Below are positions 28,750 to 37,675 of a stretch of DNA of 64,000 nt, in pieces (position 1 is the first letter of the stretch; each line of letters opens with the position of its first letter). The notes under the pieces are model-generated. The model made no database searches. It saw only the letters and a list, made by a program, of their open reading frames with translations, and was not told where the DNA came from. The DNA is taken from NCBI GenBank assembly GCA_041750655.1, contig JBGSYZ010000011.1, positions 65,794-129,793 of the forward strand, in the 5' to 3' direction. This stretch comes from Minisyncoccia bacterium. GTDB lineage: Bacteria; Patescibacteriota; Minisyncoccia; Phycocordibacterales; UBA918. The translations under genes and the position numbers were made by a program.

Positions 28750-29661
28750 CTACCTCGCTACATTCTTATTCTCAAAGTAACTAAACAAAGCTTTTACTCC
28801 GGCCATATTTTGAACCCATTCGATTGATTGATAACTCTTTAATTCAACCGTAATCGCTGGAATACCAATGGAGGCTAACCAACCTTCAGCGTCGCCAGTG
28901 ATGGGATAAGCGGTAAAAGCCGGAACAGCACCGTACCCGGCGGCATTGGCGTAGGCATCCATGATGGCAAGAGTTTCTGGTAGTGGTCCAGATTCACACT
29001 CTGAAGCGTAGACATTGTTGGCTTGTGAGTGCCAAAAGACAACCGCGTCTGGTGTATTTGCCAAAACATAGTCTCGCAGAGCTGCTGCTTCTGGCTCAGA
29101 GAATGGCGCTGTCCCAGCACTCACCGGATCACCACGCCAGGTACTTTGTGGTGCCCACTTACAATCAAAGTTTCGGTTGAGATCCACATAATTCTTATTG
29201 AAGCGACCATCAGCCACCCGAGTGGTTGGGTCGGTGATGTCGGTGGCCGCGAAGCGGCCACCGGTACCGGTCACCATCGCCAAACCATCAGGGTTGATTG
29301 ACGGAATTACCGCCACACGCACCCCTTCCGGTATCATGTCCAAATTTTCTCCCAAATAATCTATAAACTCGTACGCCAAAAGAGCACTGTTCCACTCATA
29401 CCCACCGTGCATACCACCCACAAACAGAATCTCAGTCTCCCCGTTACCAAATACGTACGCTGAAATATCTCGCCCCGCTACCGAATGTCCAATGACCGAA
29501 ATTTCAGGGTACGAAGGAGTGGGTTCTTCATCAACTACCGGTGTTTCATCAATTACCGGCGGTAACTCTACTTTAGTTTCTGGCCAAAAGAATATCGCTA
29601 ATCCGACCGCTAACAAAATGGCTAAAAGCGCCCCAATTACAAACTTCAACTTACTCGGCAT
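28750..29661 (-). CDS. M14-family zinc carboxypeptidase, secreted
   Basis: Signal/TM at the N-terminus. GGMHGGYEWNSALLAYEF is the zinc-binding HxxE region. NPDG and DLNRNFDCKW are M14 motifs. Confidence 0.7.
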   Translation of the reverse strand: MPSKLKFVIGALLAILLAVGLAIFFWPETKVELPPVIDETPVVDEEPTPSYPEISVIGHSVAGRDISAYVFGNGETEILFVGGMHGGYEWNSALLAYEFIDYLGENLDMIPEGVRVAVIPSINPDGLAMVTGTGGRFAATDITDPTTRVADGRFNKNYVDLNRNFDCKWAPQSTWRGDPVSAGTAPFSEPEAAALRDYVLANTPDAVVFWHSQANNVYASECESGPLPETLAIMDAYANAAGYGAVPAFTAYPITGDAEGWLASIGIPAITVELKSYQSIEWVQNMAGVKALFSYFENKNVAR

Positions 29662-30586
29662 AATGATTTAACACCGCTTCAATTCCCTTCACGTTCTTAC
29701 TCCACTCTGTATCGGTGTGAGTGGTCAAAAGAACGCTTATGGCCGGAACACCTTCCTTAGCCAACCAATTCACCATGTCACCAGTAATCGCATAGTAATC
29801 AAACTCTTCGTATCCTTTATAGCCTGAAGCTTGGGCATAGAGCTTGGTTAGTTCTTTCGTTTCAGCAGACACGCCGTTCTTACAACTAGAAGAATACACA
29901 CCACCGGCGGCACTATACCAAGTTATGACTGCCGCTGGCTTACGGGACTCAATATAACCACGCATGGCATCGGCTTCTGGTTCTGAAAAAGGTGCGCTTC
30001 CCCCACTCACTGTTTTATTCTGCCAGGTTCCTTTTTCCTGCCATTCACAATCAAAGTTTCGGTTAAGATCAACGCCGTTAGCGTTAAATCTTCCTTCTGT
30101 AGTATTTCCCTTTACATCAGTTGGTGAAAAGTAACCAAGTTTGCCAGTTACTTTCTCAAGCCCATCCGGGTTAAGGACTGGTATGACGCTCACCTTCACT
30201 CCATCCGGAATTGTGTCTGGATTAGCTTCTAGATAATCCATGAGTTCATACGCCACAAGCGCAGTGTTCCAAGAGTAGCCACCATGAATACCACCTACAA
30301 ACAGAACTTCGGTATCACCAGAACCAAAGTGATATGCGGTTAAATCATTACCATCAACTGAACGTCCAAAAACAGTTTTCGTTTCATCAATAACTTCTGG
30401 CAACGGGTCGGCACCGTCACCGATACCCTCATCTGGTTCAACTGGCAAAACGTCACCAGACATTTCCGAACCAGAACCAGGGGTTTTGTTGTCTACTTTG
30501 GTAGTTTCAGAAGACTTTTGTAATACGTAATACACTCCAAATCCAAGCGCTAATAACAAAATAATTGCAATAATGGTATTTTTCAT
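29651..30586 (-). CDS. M14-family zinc carboxypeptidase, secreted (tandem paralog)
   Basis: A paralog of the downstream gene with the same motifs (GGIHGGYSWNTALVAYEL, NPDG, DLNRNFDCEW). It overlaps its neighbour by 11 nt. Confidence 0.7.
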   Translation of the reverse strand: MKNTIIAIILLLALGFGVYYVLQKSSETTKVDNKTPGSGSEMSGDVLPVEPDEGIGDGADPLPEVIDETKTVFGRSVDGNDLTAYHFGSGDTEVLFVGGIHGGYSWNTALVAYELMDYLEANPDTIPDGVKVSVIPVLNPDGLEKVTGKLGYFSPTDVKGNTTEGRFNANGVDLNRNFDCEWQEKGTWQNKTVSGGSAPFSEPEADAMRGYIESRKPAAVITWYSAAGGVYSSSCKNGVSAETKELTKLYAQASGYKGYEEFDYYAITGDMVNWLAKEGVPAISVLLTTHTDTEWSKNVKGIEAVLNHYAE

Positions 30587-30709
30587 ATACCTCTATTGTA
30601 TAGCTATAAACCATAGTTGGCCAATGTTGCTTAATTAAGCGTACGCTGAGCCATACTTGTCTGCGTGTTATACTTCTGTTAGAAAATTGAAAATCTCGGG
30701 AGAGGTAAC

Positions 30710-31306
30710 ATGGAACTTAGTATCACCGTTGCTGCAACCTTAGTGGTTGGGTTAATGTACGCATCAATCTTTGAGTGGGCAGTGCATCGCTATATCATGC
30801 ATCGTCCAATCGGGTTGCTCACGTATGCCTACAAAATGCATACCAAAATACACCATCATGTTTTTCAGGCGGATGAAAGTTATCATCTCAAAAATCCAGA
30901 AGACATATCCAAGATTCATATGCTGTGGTGGTCAGGGGTAGTGGTCATTCTGGGTTCAAGTCCATTTACTTTGATTGGTTTTTTCTTAGTATATCTGGGT
31001 TTTGTGAGTACTGGTTGGTCAATTATAGTTTCGGGTGTGGTGTTGTCTTTGGGTTACTACGCCTCATACGAATATCTACACTGGTGCATGCACTTGCCGA
31101 AAGAACGACGACTGGAAAAATCTCGGTTATTCCGCCGAATAAACGGTCATCACATATTGCACCACAAGTACATGTACAAAAACTATAACGTGGTACTTCC
31201 CTTTGCTGACTGGTTGTTTGGTACCCTTATTCTTCGTGCCAAAAGAAACTTCAATCAAGTTAGAGGTCCGTCCGTACCAGATGTTCAACCACAAAATGTA
31301 CCCTAA
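30710..31306 (+). CDS. fatty-acid hydroxylase / sterol desaturase superfamily membrane protein
   Basis: Three His boxes (HRYIMH, HTKIHHH, HHILHH) in a 4-TM protein. Confidence 0.55.
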   Translation: MELSITVAATLVVGLMYASIFEWAVHRYIMHRPIGLLTYAYKMHTKIHHHVFQADESYHLKNPEDISKIHMLWWSGVVVILGSSPFTLIGFFLVYLGFVSTGWSIIVSGVVLSLGYYASYEYLHWCMHLPKERRLEKSRLFRRINGHHILHHKYMYKNYNVVLPFADWLFGTLILRAKRNFNQVRGPSVPDVQPQNVP

Positions 31307-31393
31307 CCACCCCCTCTTGAGCTAACGCTCAAGAGGGGTAAATATATTTTCATTCTAAAAAAGTGTCTCGGGACGAACATCAACCACACGTAC

Positions 31394-31783
31394 CTACAAC
31401 ACCGCGTGTACCAAAATCATTATGACAACCATAGCCACTACATAACCAGCCTCAACCATAACAGCATAGGTACTTTTTTGTGCAAAGAGACCATTAGTTA
31501 TTATTAAAACTGAGGTGGTCGAGGCAATAAGAATTGCTAACATGAGCGAATCGGTAGTAGCTGTAATACCAATTACCCACGCCAACATAAAAGTACCGAC
31601 AGCTTGGGTAAGCATAGCTGGCAGCATAGAACCTCCGGTGTTAGCAGTCATGTCAATCCTACAACCTTCGGCCCATTTTTTTACAAACATCATGGGCGAG
31701 TACCACAGTGCCCCCAGACCATACGCTAAAACTGCCCCCACGATAACGGCGAGCCAGTTTACGTTCATTAGTAATTCCTCCAT
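31394..31783 (-). CDS. hypothetical 4-TM membrane protein (129 aa)
   Basis: Hydrophobic throughout. Confidence 0.35.
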   Translation of the reverse strand: MEELLMNVNWLAVIVGAVLAYGLGALWYSPMMFVKKWAEGCRIDMTANTGGSMLPAMLTQAVGTFMLAWVIGITATTDSLMLAILIASTTSVLIITNGLFAQKSTYAVMVEAGYVVAMVVIMILVHAVL

Positions 31784-31855
31784 ATTTTAGAGTTAACCCA
31801 ATAATAGTAATTATATCACCATGAAATATAACTATTAATCTTGGAGATTGTTTAT

Positions 31856-32287
31856 CTATCTTTTGTACACCACAAAATGTGGTAGTTTATCCAAACCAAC
31901 ATAGTTAAACATCTTGTAGTTTGCCCGCCGAGCTGTACTTGAAAGTTGACGCTTTTTTAGATGTACTTTGGGAACGAAAGGATAAAAAATTATTTCCTGT
32001 TGATTTTTCCCCTGCTCAATCCATTTAAAATTAGCAATCAGTGGCGGGACCATATAACCTGATTTTGTTACTTTATCCATAATTTCCCAACCAGCACCAA
32101 ATATTTCTTTTTTGGGTTTTGACAGATTTGTTTTTACCTGTGCTCTAAATTCACACCCACTACACTGAACATCAAACAATGGGTAGCTGGGTGGCAAGAG
32201 CATTAACTCTTTAGAACAATTTGGACATCGCACTAAATTAACAACTTCCAATTCTCCGTCGTCACCTGATTTCTTATTTCCAGCCAT
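31856..32287 (-). CDS. hypothetical zinc-ribbon protein (143 aa)
   Basis: CPNC...CSGC four-Cys ribbon near the N-terminus. Confidence 0.35.
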   Translation of the reverse strand: MAGNKKSGDDGELEVVNLVRCPNCSKELMLLPPSYPLFDVQCSGCEFRAQVKTNLSKPKKEIFGAGWEIMDKVTKSGYMVPPLIANFKWIEQGKNQQEIIFYPFVPKVHLKKRQLSSTARRANYKMFNYVGLDKLPHFVVYKR

Positions 32288-32341
32288 GATTCTTGAATTA
32301 GATCATAGCCCAACAACCTAAGCAAGTTGGTTTTAAAATTT

Positions 32342-33268
32342 TTACTCAAACAAAATCGGAATCTCAAGCGCATCGTCGTTTTCGGGAAGACCAGACGGAT
32401 TGTCCTTTTTGAAGATTAGGGTGCCACGTTTATACGGAGTATCTTCCGGTAAATCGTAGTTGATAGTGCCGGTAAAGGGTACGAAGTCTTCAGTCATCCA
32501 GTCACCGTCAGCGGTAGCAAAACCTTCACCAATAATGCGGCCGTCCCAGTCGGTAACAACAAGCGGGAATGACGCTTCAAAGTACCACATACCGCGTGCT
32601 TGACCAGAGACCGTTATAGGGTTGGTGACAGTTGCGCTCGGTTGAGGACTTGTCACGTTAATTACATTAGCTTTATCATTGGCAGGTAAATTTGATTCCC
32701 CTTCAAAATTCTGCACTACTTCGCCAAAGTCATTGCTCTCTGAGTTATAGAGAATGTACATACTTTTACCAACTGACGGTTGCGCACTCATTGGCTCACC
32801 CGGAGCTCGGTCAGCGTAATTCACCACTACCTGAGTACCAGGCCCGGCGTCAGTAGACTGTGGAGCAATCCGGTCGCCCAAGAACATTGCTTGCGTACCG
32901 CGATACCCATCGGCTTCTTTGATAGCTCCCACAACGTAGAAGAAAGTACCACTGCCGCCGCCATCATCGGTTACTAAGAAAACCATGTCCAAATCACCAT
33001 CACCATCGATATCGTGAGCCAACTCGTTACCAAAATAACGAACGGTCAATACTGAAGCTGAACCAGGCGCCACTGGTGTCACTGACACACCATCGACCAG
33101 AGTAACTGGCTCGCCACTAATGGTAAATGTAACGGCTTTAAAATCTTGCGATAAGGTATTTTCGGGAGTGACGTCGGGAGTCTTATCGAAAAACTTATCA
33201 AACAGCAGCAAACTGACACCCACTACAACAATGCCTATATAAATAAAGGATTTGGTGGATAATTTCAT
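32342..33268 (-). CDS. secreted hypothetical protein with FG-GAP/VCBS-like Asp-rich loop (308 aa)
   Basis: Signal/TM at the N-terminus. DIDGDGDLDMVFLVTDDGGGSG resembles calcium-binding FG-GAP loops. Confidence 0.35.
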   Translation of the reverse strand: MKLSTKSFIYIGIVVVGVSLLLFDKFFDKTPDVTPENTLSQDFKAVTFTISGEPVTLVDGVSVTPVAPGSASVLTVRYFGNELAHDIDGDGDLDMVFLVTDDGGGSGTFFYVVGAIKEADGYRGTQAMFLGDRIAPQSTDAGPGTQVVVNYADRAPGEPMSAQPSVGKSMYILYNSESNDFGEVVQNFEGESNLPANDKANVINVTSPQPSATVTNPITVSGQARGMWYFEASFPLVVTDWDGRIIGEGFATADGDWMTEDFVPFTGTINYDLPEDTPYKRGTLIFKKDNPSGLPENDDALEIPILFE

Positions 33269-33367
33269 AATATAGTGTATCTAGAGTTAATAGCTTGATT
33301 GTAGCAAAAATACGTATGCACCTAAAGCACCCAAAATATTACGGTAAGCTGGTAGAATATAACCACT

Positions 33368-33790
33368 ATGAATTGGGCTATATACGCACTACTTTCAGCT
33401 TTCTTTGCCTCGTTGGTGGCGATTTTTGGGAAGATTGGGATTAAAGGAGTGGATAGTAATTTGGCCGTAGCGTTGCGGACCGTCATTATTGTTTTCTTTG
33501 CGTGGGGGGTGGTATGGATGCAAGGCAACTTCAGTGACATGTTCAAAATCTCTCGCTTCTCGTATATCTTTATTTTCCTCTCTGCTCTCGCTACTGGCCT
33601 GTCTTGGATGTTTTACTACAAAGCTCTCCAGTTAGGTGAAGTTTCTCGTGTCGTTCCAATCGACAAACTCTCAATTGCTTTGACCGTTATTCTCGCCATT
33701 GTCTTTCTGGCCGAAAAACCAAGCCTTGGTAATGTACTTGGTTCCCTCCTAGTCACCGCCGGGGTGATGGTGACTATTTTTGTGAAGTAG
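33368..33790 (+). CDS. EamA-like small (4-TM, single-domain) transporter
   Basis: 140 aa with four TM helices and an EamA/DMT half-transporter layout. Confidence 0.5.
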   Translation: MNWAIYALLSAFFASLVAIFGKIGIKGVDSNLAVALRTVIIVFFAWGVVWMQGNFSDMFKISRFSYIFIFLSALATGLSWMFYYKALQLGEVSRVVPIDKLSIALTVILAIVFLAEKPSLGNVLGSLLVTAGVMVTIFVK

Positions 33791-33793
33791 GTG

Positions 33794-34279
33794 TTACTGA
33801 GTGATAGTGGTGGAGGCACTTAGATGTTGACCATCAACTACCCACTCACTGTGGTCGTTTGCATTAAGGGTAACTTCAATTACGTTGTCACCGTCTTTTA
33901 AAAAACTTGAGGGTAGATTGAACCAATCTCCATATAAGCGAGCCGCCTTGATTCCGTTTACATATATATGAGCATGACCTTCACCTTGTATCGGCTCACT
34001 GTTTACTTTTTCTGGTGTAAAAACATAATTTTTTGTGAACACATGCAAATTGTAACCATCTTTTTCATCTTTAAATGACTCAATCTCAACGGTGGGCACC
34101 GGCACAGTTTTGTCCACTTCCAACATACTGTGAGCATGGGTAGCCATCGTAGTACTGTCCATTTTGTCCATACTCATTGGAACATTTTCTTCAGGATTAA
34201 ATAATGGAGAAAAGATTACAAAACCTAATCCTAAACCTACCAAAAAATAAATAGATCCTGATTTAATATTCTTTTTCAT
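33794..34279 (-). CDS. secreted hypothetical protein (161 aa)
   Basis: N-terminal signal/TM. I recognise no family. Confidence 0.35.
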   Translation of the reverse strand: MKKNIKSGSIYFLVGLGLGFVIFSPLFNPEENVPMSMDKMDSTTMATHAHSMLEVDKTVPVPTVEIESFKDEKDGYNLHVFTKNYVFTPEKVNSEPIQGEGHAHIYVNGIKAARLYGDWFNLPSSFLKDGDNVIEVTLNANDHSEWVVDGQHLSASTTITQ

Positions 34280-34503
34280 ATAGATTTATTTTACTATATT
34301 ATCTGTTAGTGACTATTTTTGTAAAATAAAAAGGCTGAAATTATAGAAAGTTTATGGTACTCTATTGCCCACAGCAACATTGTTTCGTTGGAATATAGAG
34401 GTTCAAATCCTCAAACAATGGGTGGAGAAAGAAAGGGTGCTCGGGTGCCTTTGGCCGACAAAGGTCAAATTGAACTAGACAGCTTCTCCACTGCTGTCAA
34501 TTT

Positions 34504-34574
34504 TGCCGGATCGTCTAATGGTAGGACACATGGTTTTGGTCCATGGTATCTAGGTTCGAGCCCTAGTCCGGCAG
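34504..34574 (+). tRNA. tRNA-Gln (anticodon UUG)
   Basis: Cloverleaf folded by hand: acceptor TGCCGGA/TCCGGCA with U1:A72, anticodon stem CATGG/CCATG, loop TTTTGGT, T-arm CTAGG-TTCGAGC-CCTAG, discriminator G. CCA is not encoded. Confidence 0.8.
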
Positions 34575-34722
34575 CACAAACAAGGAGCAAAATGAGTAGC
34601 ATTTTGTGACTATGTTTTGCTAGCCTGACTAGGGCTCGAAAAGCTTTTGAGATAGATTTGACTGGAAGGAAAATATATCCAAAAGGTATACTGTCCATGT
34701 AATGGAAGAGCCCTCGAAAAGG
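34575..34722 (+). repeat. tRNA-Gln-linked repeat unit 1 (about 150 nt; inverted copy of the tRNA T-arm/acceptor 3' segment at its 5' side; degenerate att-like copy at its 3' end)
   Basis: The unit shares long identical stretches with unit 2 at 35277-35437. GACTAGGGCTCGAA is the reverse complement of the tRNA segment TTCGAGCCCTAGTC. Confidence 0.6.
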
Positions 34723-34868
34723 TTCGTCAGATATTTCTGAAAGAAATACCGACAACCTGTACTGCTCGTGTAACGAGAGAGGTCCCCAGTACGGCAACAA
34801 TATTGACTTTTATAAAAAAGTATTTTAAAGTACAGAAAGATTTTTAGATTTTTTCTTCTTGAGAGGAC

Positions 34869-35186
34869 ATGGTCATGACAGACAATAATGAAGTTGTGAA
34901 AGAGAAGCTTTTGCGACTTGCTCAGCAACGTGCCAGAAACTCAGTCATCGCATTCAGGCGCCAGAGTGATTCAGGTATTCACGAAGGGAGGGTTCGTGCC
35001 GACAAAGTCTGGGGTGGACAACAACAAGAACTTGCAGCAACACTGCCCGAGGACGACCCACTTCGCGAGGTGGTTGAGTTTATCGGGAAACTCGATGTGA
35101 TTAGCCCGCCGCAACATCTCGTCTCCAAGATTCCCCAGAAATCAGGAGTAACACTAGGTGATGTGTGGCCTGATTCTGAAGATTGA
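34869..35186 (+). CDS. hypothetical protein (105 aa), cargo ORF between repeat units, visibly higher GC than flanks
   Basis: Clean ORF followed by the strong terminator at 35203-35246. No family recognised. Confidence 0.45.
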   Translation: MVMTDNNEVVKEKLLRLAQQRARNSVIAFRRQSDSGIHEGRVRADKVWGGQQQELAATLPEDDPLREVVEFIGKLDVISPPQHLVSKIPQKSGVTLGDVWPDSED

Positions 35187-35202
35187 GTGAACTCTGAACT
35201 CA

Positions 35203-35246
35203 AGAGCCGTTTAGTACCGAAAGGGGAAAACGGCTCTTTCATTTTA
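35203..35246 (+). terminator. Rho-independent terminator (GAGCCGTTT...AAACGGCTC + T-run)
   Basis: Read directly. Confidence 0.65.
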
Positions 35247-35276
35247 TATATAAGTTCCAACCTCGTCCCAGACGGC

Positions 35277-35437
35277 CAGCACAAACAAGGAGCAAAATGA
35301 GTAGCATTTTGTGACTATGTTTTGCTAGCCTGACTAGGGCTCGAAAAGCTTTTGTGACAGATTCGACCAGAGAGAGAATATGTCCAAAAGGTATACTGGT
35401 CATGTAATGACCGAGACCCCTAGTCCGGTCCGGCAGC
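35277..35437 (+). repeat. tRNA-Gln-linked repeat unit 2, ending in direct repeat of tRNA 3' end (GAGACCCCTAGTCCGGTCCGGCAGC)
   Basis: Near-identical to unit 1 over CAGCACAAACAAGGAGCAAAATGAGTAGCATTTTGTGACTATGTTTTGCTAGCCTGACTAGGGCTCGAAAAGCTTTTG. Confidence 0.65.
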
Positions 35438-35539
35438 CAATTAATATTAACTTTATTTTTCAACGCTGGTTCGGTTCGAGTACTTAGTTAAAACAGAAAA
35501 CCCACCGACGGCGGGAATTCCGTGGCGGGTATGTGTGCC

Positions 35540-35746
35540 TCAGCCGTGCAGAGTGTATTTACCGACCGAGTTAAAAATCAGCGACACTTCCTGAGGATTG
35601 AAGCCCAGATCAGCGACTTCTTTAAGAGTGAGGATGGTCAGCTGCCCCCAGCCAGTGATTCCTTCTTTTGTAAGACGGGAAACAATATCTTCAGAAAGTC
35701 CCATTTTAGAAACAGACAGGTTGTCGTCTCGTTCACTCCAGGGCAT
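35540..35746 (-). CDS. hypothetical small protein (68 aa), possible helix-hairpin-helix fold; cargo ORF
   Basis: LSEDIVSRLTKEGITGWGQLTILTLKEVADLGF resembles HhH/RNAP-alpha-CTD-like motifs. It lies between repeat units 2 and 3. Confidence 0.35.
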   Translation of the reverse strand: MPWSERDDNLSVSKMGLSEDIVSRLTKEGITGWGQLTILTLKEVADLGFNPQEVSLIFNSVGKYTLHG

Positions 35747-35896
35747 GTTAGTCTCCTATTCAAGTTATCTTTCGAAAAACTAACACGATTTTACAAAAGT
35801 TTCAACATCATCCCAGACAGCCAGCTTGAGAAAATACGCACCGCATGGGGCGATTTTCATTCAAGCTGCCGGAAGAAAGTGCTGGGAGCACTTTCG

Positions 35897-35998
35897 TCTA
35901 GGGCTCGAAAAGCTTTTGAGTTATTTCTGGAAGTATTGAACAGAAATAGCTAAAAGGTATACTGGTCATGTAATGACCGAGACCCCTAGTCCGGCAGC
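35897..35998 (+). repeat. tRNA-Gln-linked repeat unit 3 (3' two-thirds of the unit), ending in direct repeat of tRNA 3' end (GAGACCCCTAGTCCGGCAGC)
   Basis: It matches units 1 and 2 from TAGGGCTCGAAAAGCTTTTG onward. Confidence 0.6.
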
Positions 35999-36077
35999 AC
36001 TTAACAAAAAAGTAGAGCTTTTCTGTCTTCTATGCATAGTAAGTTGAAAACAAATCTACTCGGTATATACTGCGGGT

Positions 36078-37013
36078 ATGAAAATTCTTATCTATTTTGT
36101 GTTTGTACTAGTGATTATTAGCGGATCTTATGCTGCATATAATTTTTATACTACACCGGCAGCAGTACCTACTCCAACTCCAATAGTAGCCACTTCCACA
36201 CCAACAGTAGTTGGCCAAGCCACCTATCAATGTGACGGTGATAAAATTCTTGAAGCTACTTTTTTTGAAGACGCCGCTAAAGCCGTCGCATCAGTACCAG
36301 GAGAGCCACCAGTACCAATTGGCTCAGTCAATCTATCAATTAATGGCGTCCCGAGTGCGGCCCTTATGCAAACCATTTCTGCCGACGGTGCCCGCTACGC
36401 TACTCCTGATGACTCATTTGTATTTTGGAGCAAAGGCAACGAAGCCTTAGTGCTAGAGGAAGGCGAACAAAAAAATTATACCGGGTGTATTGTTATAGCG
36501 AACGATCCTGGCGGCTTACCTGAAATATATGCTAGTAGCACCCAAGGGTTTTCGCTCCGCTACCCAGCTGATTTTACAGTGGATGATACCTACCAGTACG
36601 ATGACTTGGGACCAGACAAAATTATTCCGGGTATCAAATTTACCATTGCTGAGTCAATGGCGACTAGTACTAATCTAAGCTCTAACAGCTATCTTAGTAT
36701 CGAACATATTGAAAGTCCCGATGCGACCTGCACACCAGAAGTATTCTTAAGTTCTGTACATGGCAGCAGCACTCCAGTTACCAGCACCAATGATGTCACC
36801 TATCTAATGGCTTCCTCTACCGAGGCGGCGGCTGGGAATCGGTATGAAGAGTACGTATTTACCATTGAAGGTTTAGCCCGCTGTCAGGCCATTCGTTATT
36901 TTATTCACTACGGAGTATTTGAAAATTATGAACCTGGAACAGTTACTGAATTTGATACAGCCAGCCTACTATCTGAATTTGATAAAATCCGCGATACGGT
37001 GATTTTTAACTAG
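36078..37013 (+). CDS. secreted hypothetical protein with Thr/Pro-rich linker (311 aa)
   Basis: Signal/TM followed by a TPAAVPTPTPIVATSTPT linker. Confidence 0.4.
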   Translation: MKILIYFVFVLVIISGSYAAYNFYTTPAAVPTPTPIVATSTPTVVGQATYQCDGDKILEATFFEDAAKAVASVPGEPPVPIGSVNLSINGVPSAALMQTISADGARYATPDDSFVFWSKGNEALVLEEGEQKNYTGCIVIANDPGGLPEIYASSTQGFSLRYPADFTVDDTYQYDDLGPDKIIPGIKFTIAESMATSTNLSSNSYLSIEHIESPDATCTPEVFLSSVHGSSTPVTSTNDVTYLMASSTEAAAGNRYEEYVFTIEGLARCQAIRYFIHYGVFENYEPGTVTEFDTASLLSEFDKIRDTVIFN

Positions 37014-37019
37014 GTTAGA

Positions 37020-37670
37020 TTACACTCTCTCCTCCAAATGTTTGTGCGCATTGAATGAAACCACTTCCCATGGGCAGACGTTTTTCTCAGTCTCGCCAAT
37101 GTAACGAACGTGAGTAACTCCGGAGTTTTCGTAACGAAGAATTTTTAATAGAAGTGGCGCAGCTTTGAGAACATTTATTCCTTTATCCTGGCAAAGATGA
37201 GCGATGAAAAAGTTGGTGAAAATGGAGTGGGAAACAACCACTACCCTATCTCCTGTGTGTAACTTTGCAAAATAATCGCGTGCTCGGAAAATACGCTCCG
37301 AAAACTCTTTCTTGGTTTCAATCTGGTCAGTTATATTTTCAGGTAGCAGATTGAAGTACCAACGCATTAAATAAAACATTGATTGCGGACCATAATGAGA
37401 TTTTCCGTATAAATAATCTGGAACCTTTAGTTCACTCACATCTTCCAACCACGTTGCTTGTAATTCTGTTGCGTATTCAAGAAAATGGGTTGTTTCTCTA
37501 GCGCGAGTGTAGTGGCTAGTATAGAGATGAGTAGGCTCAAACTCTTGAATAGTGCGGACTAGGCGGGCCACCTCAGCAGCACCAGCTATAGAAATAGATT
37601 CGGTTGGTGGTTGGTATATGTGGCGAGCATTAGCTTTGGTCTCACCGTGTCGTACGAGAAGAAGCTCCAT
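37020..37670 (-). CDS. histidine phosphatase superfamily protein (phosphoglycerate-mutase-like, branch 1)
   Basis: LLVRHGETKAN contains the RHG catalytic motif at the N-terminus. Confidence 0.7.
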   Translation of the reverse strand: MELLLVRHGETKANARHIYQPPTESISIAGAAEVARLVRTIQEFEPTHLYTSHYTRARETTHFLEYATELQATWLEDVSELKVPDYLYGKSHYGPQSMFYLMRWYFNLLPENITDQIETKKEFSERIFRARDYFAKLHTGDRVVVVSHSIFTNFFIAHLCQDKGINVLKAAPLLLKILRYENSGVTHVRYIGETEKNVCPWEVVSFNAHKHLEERV

Positions 37671-37675
37671 GTATT

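Noticed and set aside
34465-34800. Minus-strand ORFs at 34465-34800 (111 aa) and 35239-35463 (74 aa) sharing ...KAFRALVRLAKHSHKMLLILLLVCA...
   Set aside because: Their similarity simply reflects the repeated DNA unit. The first runs antisense through tRNA-Gln. I treat them as non-coding.
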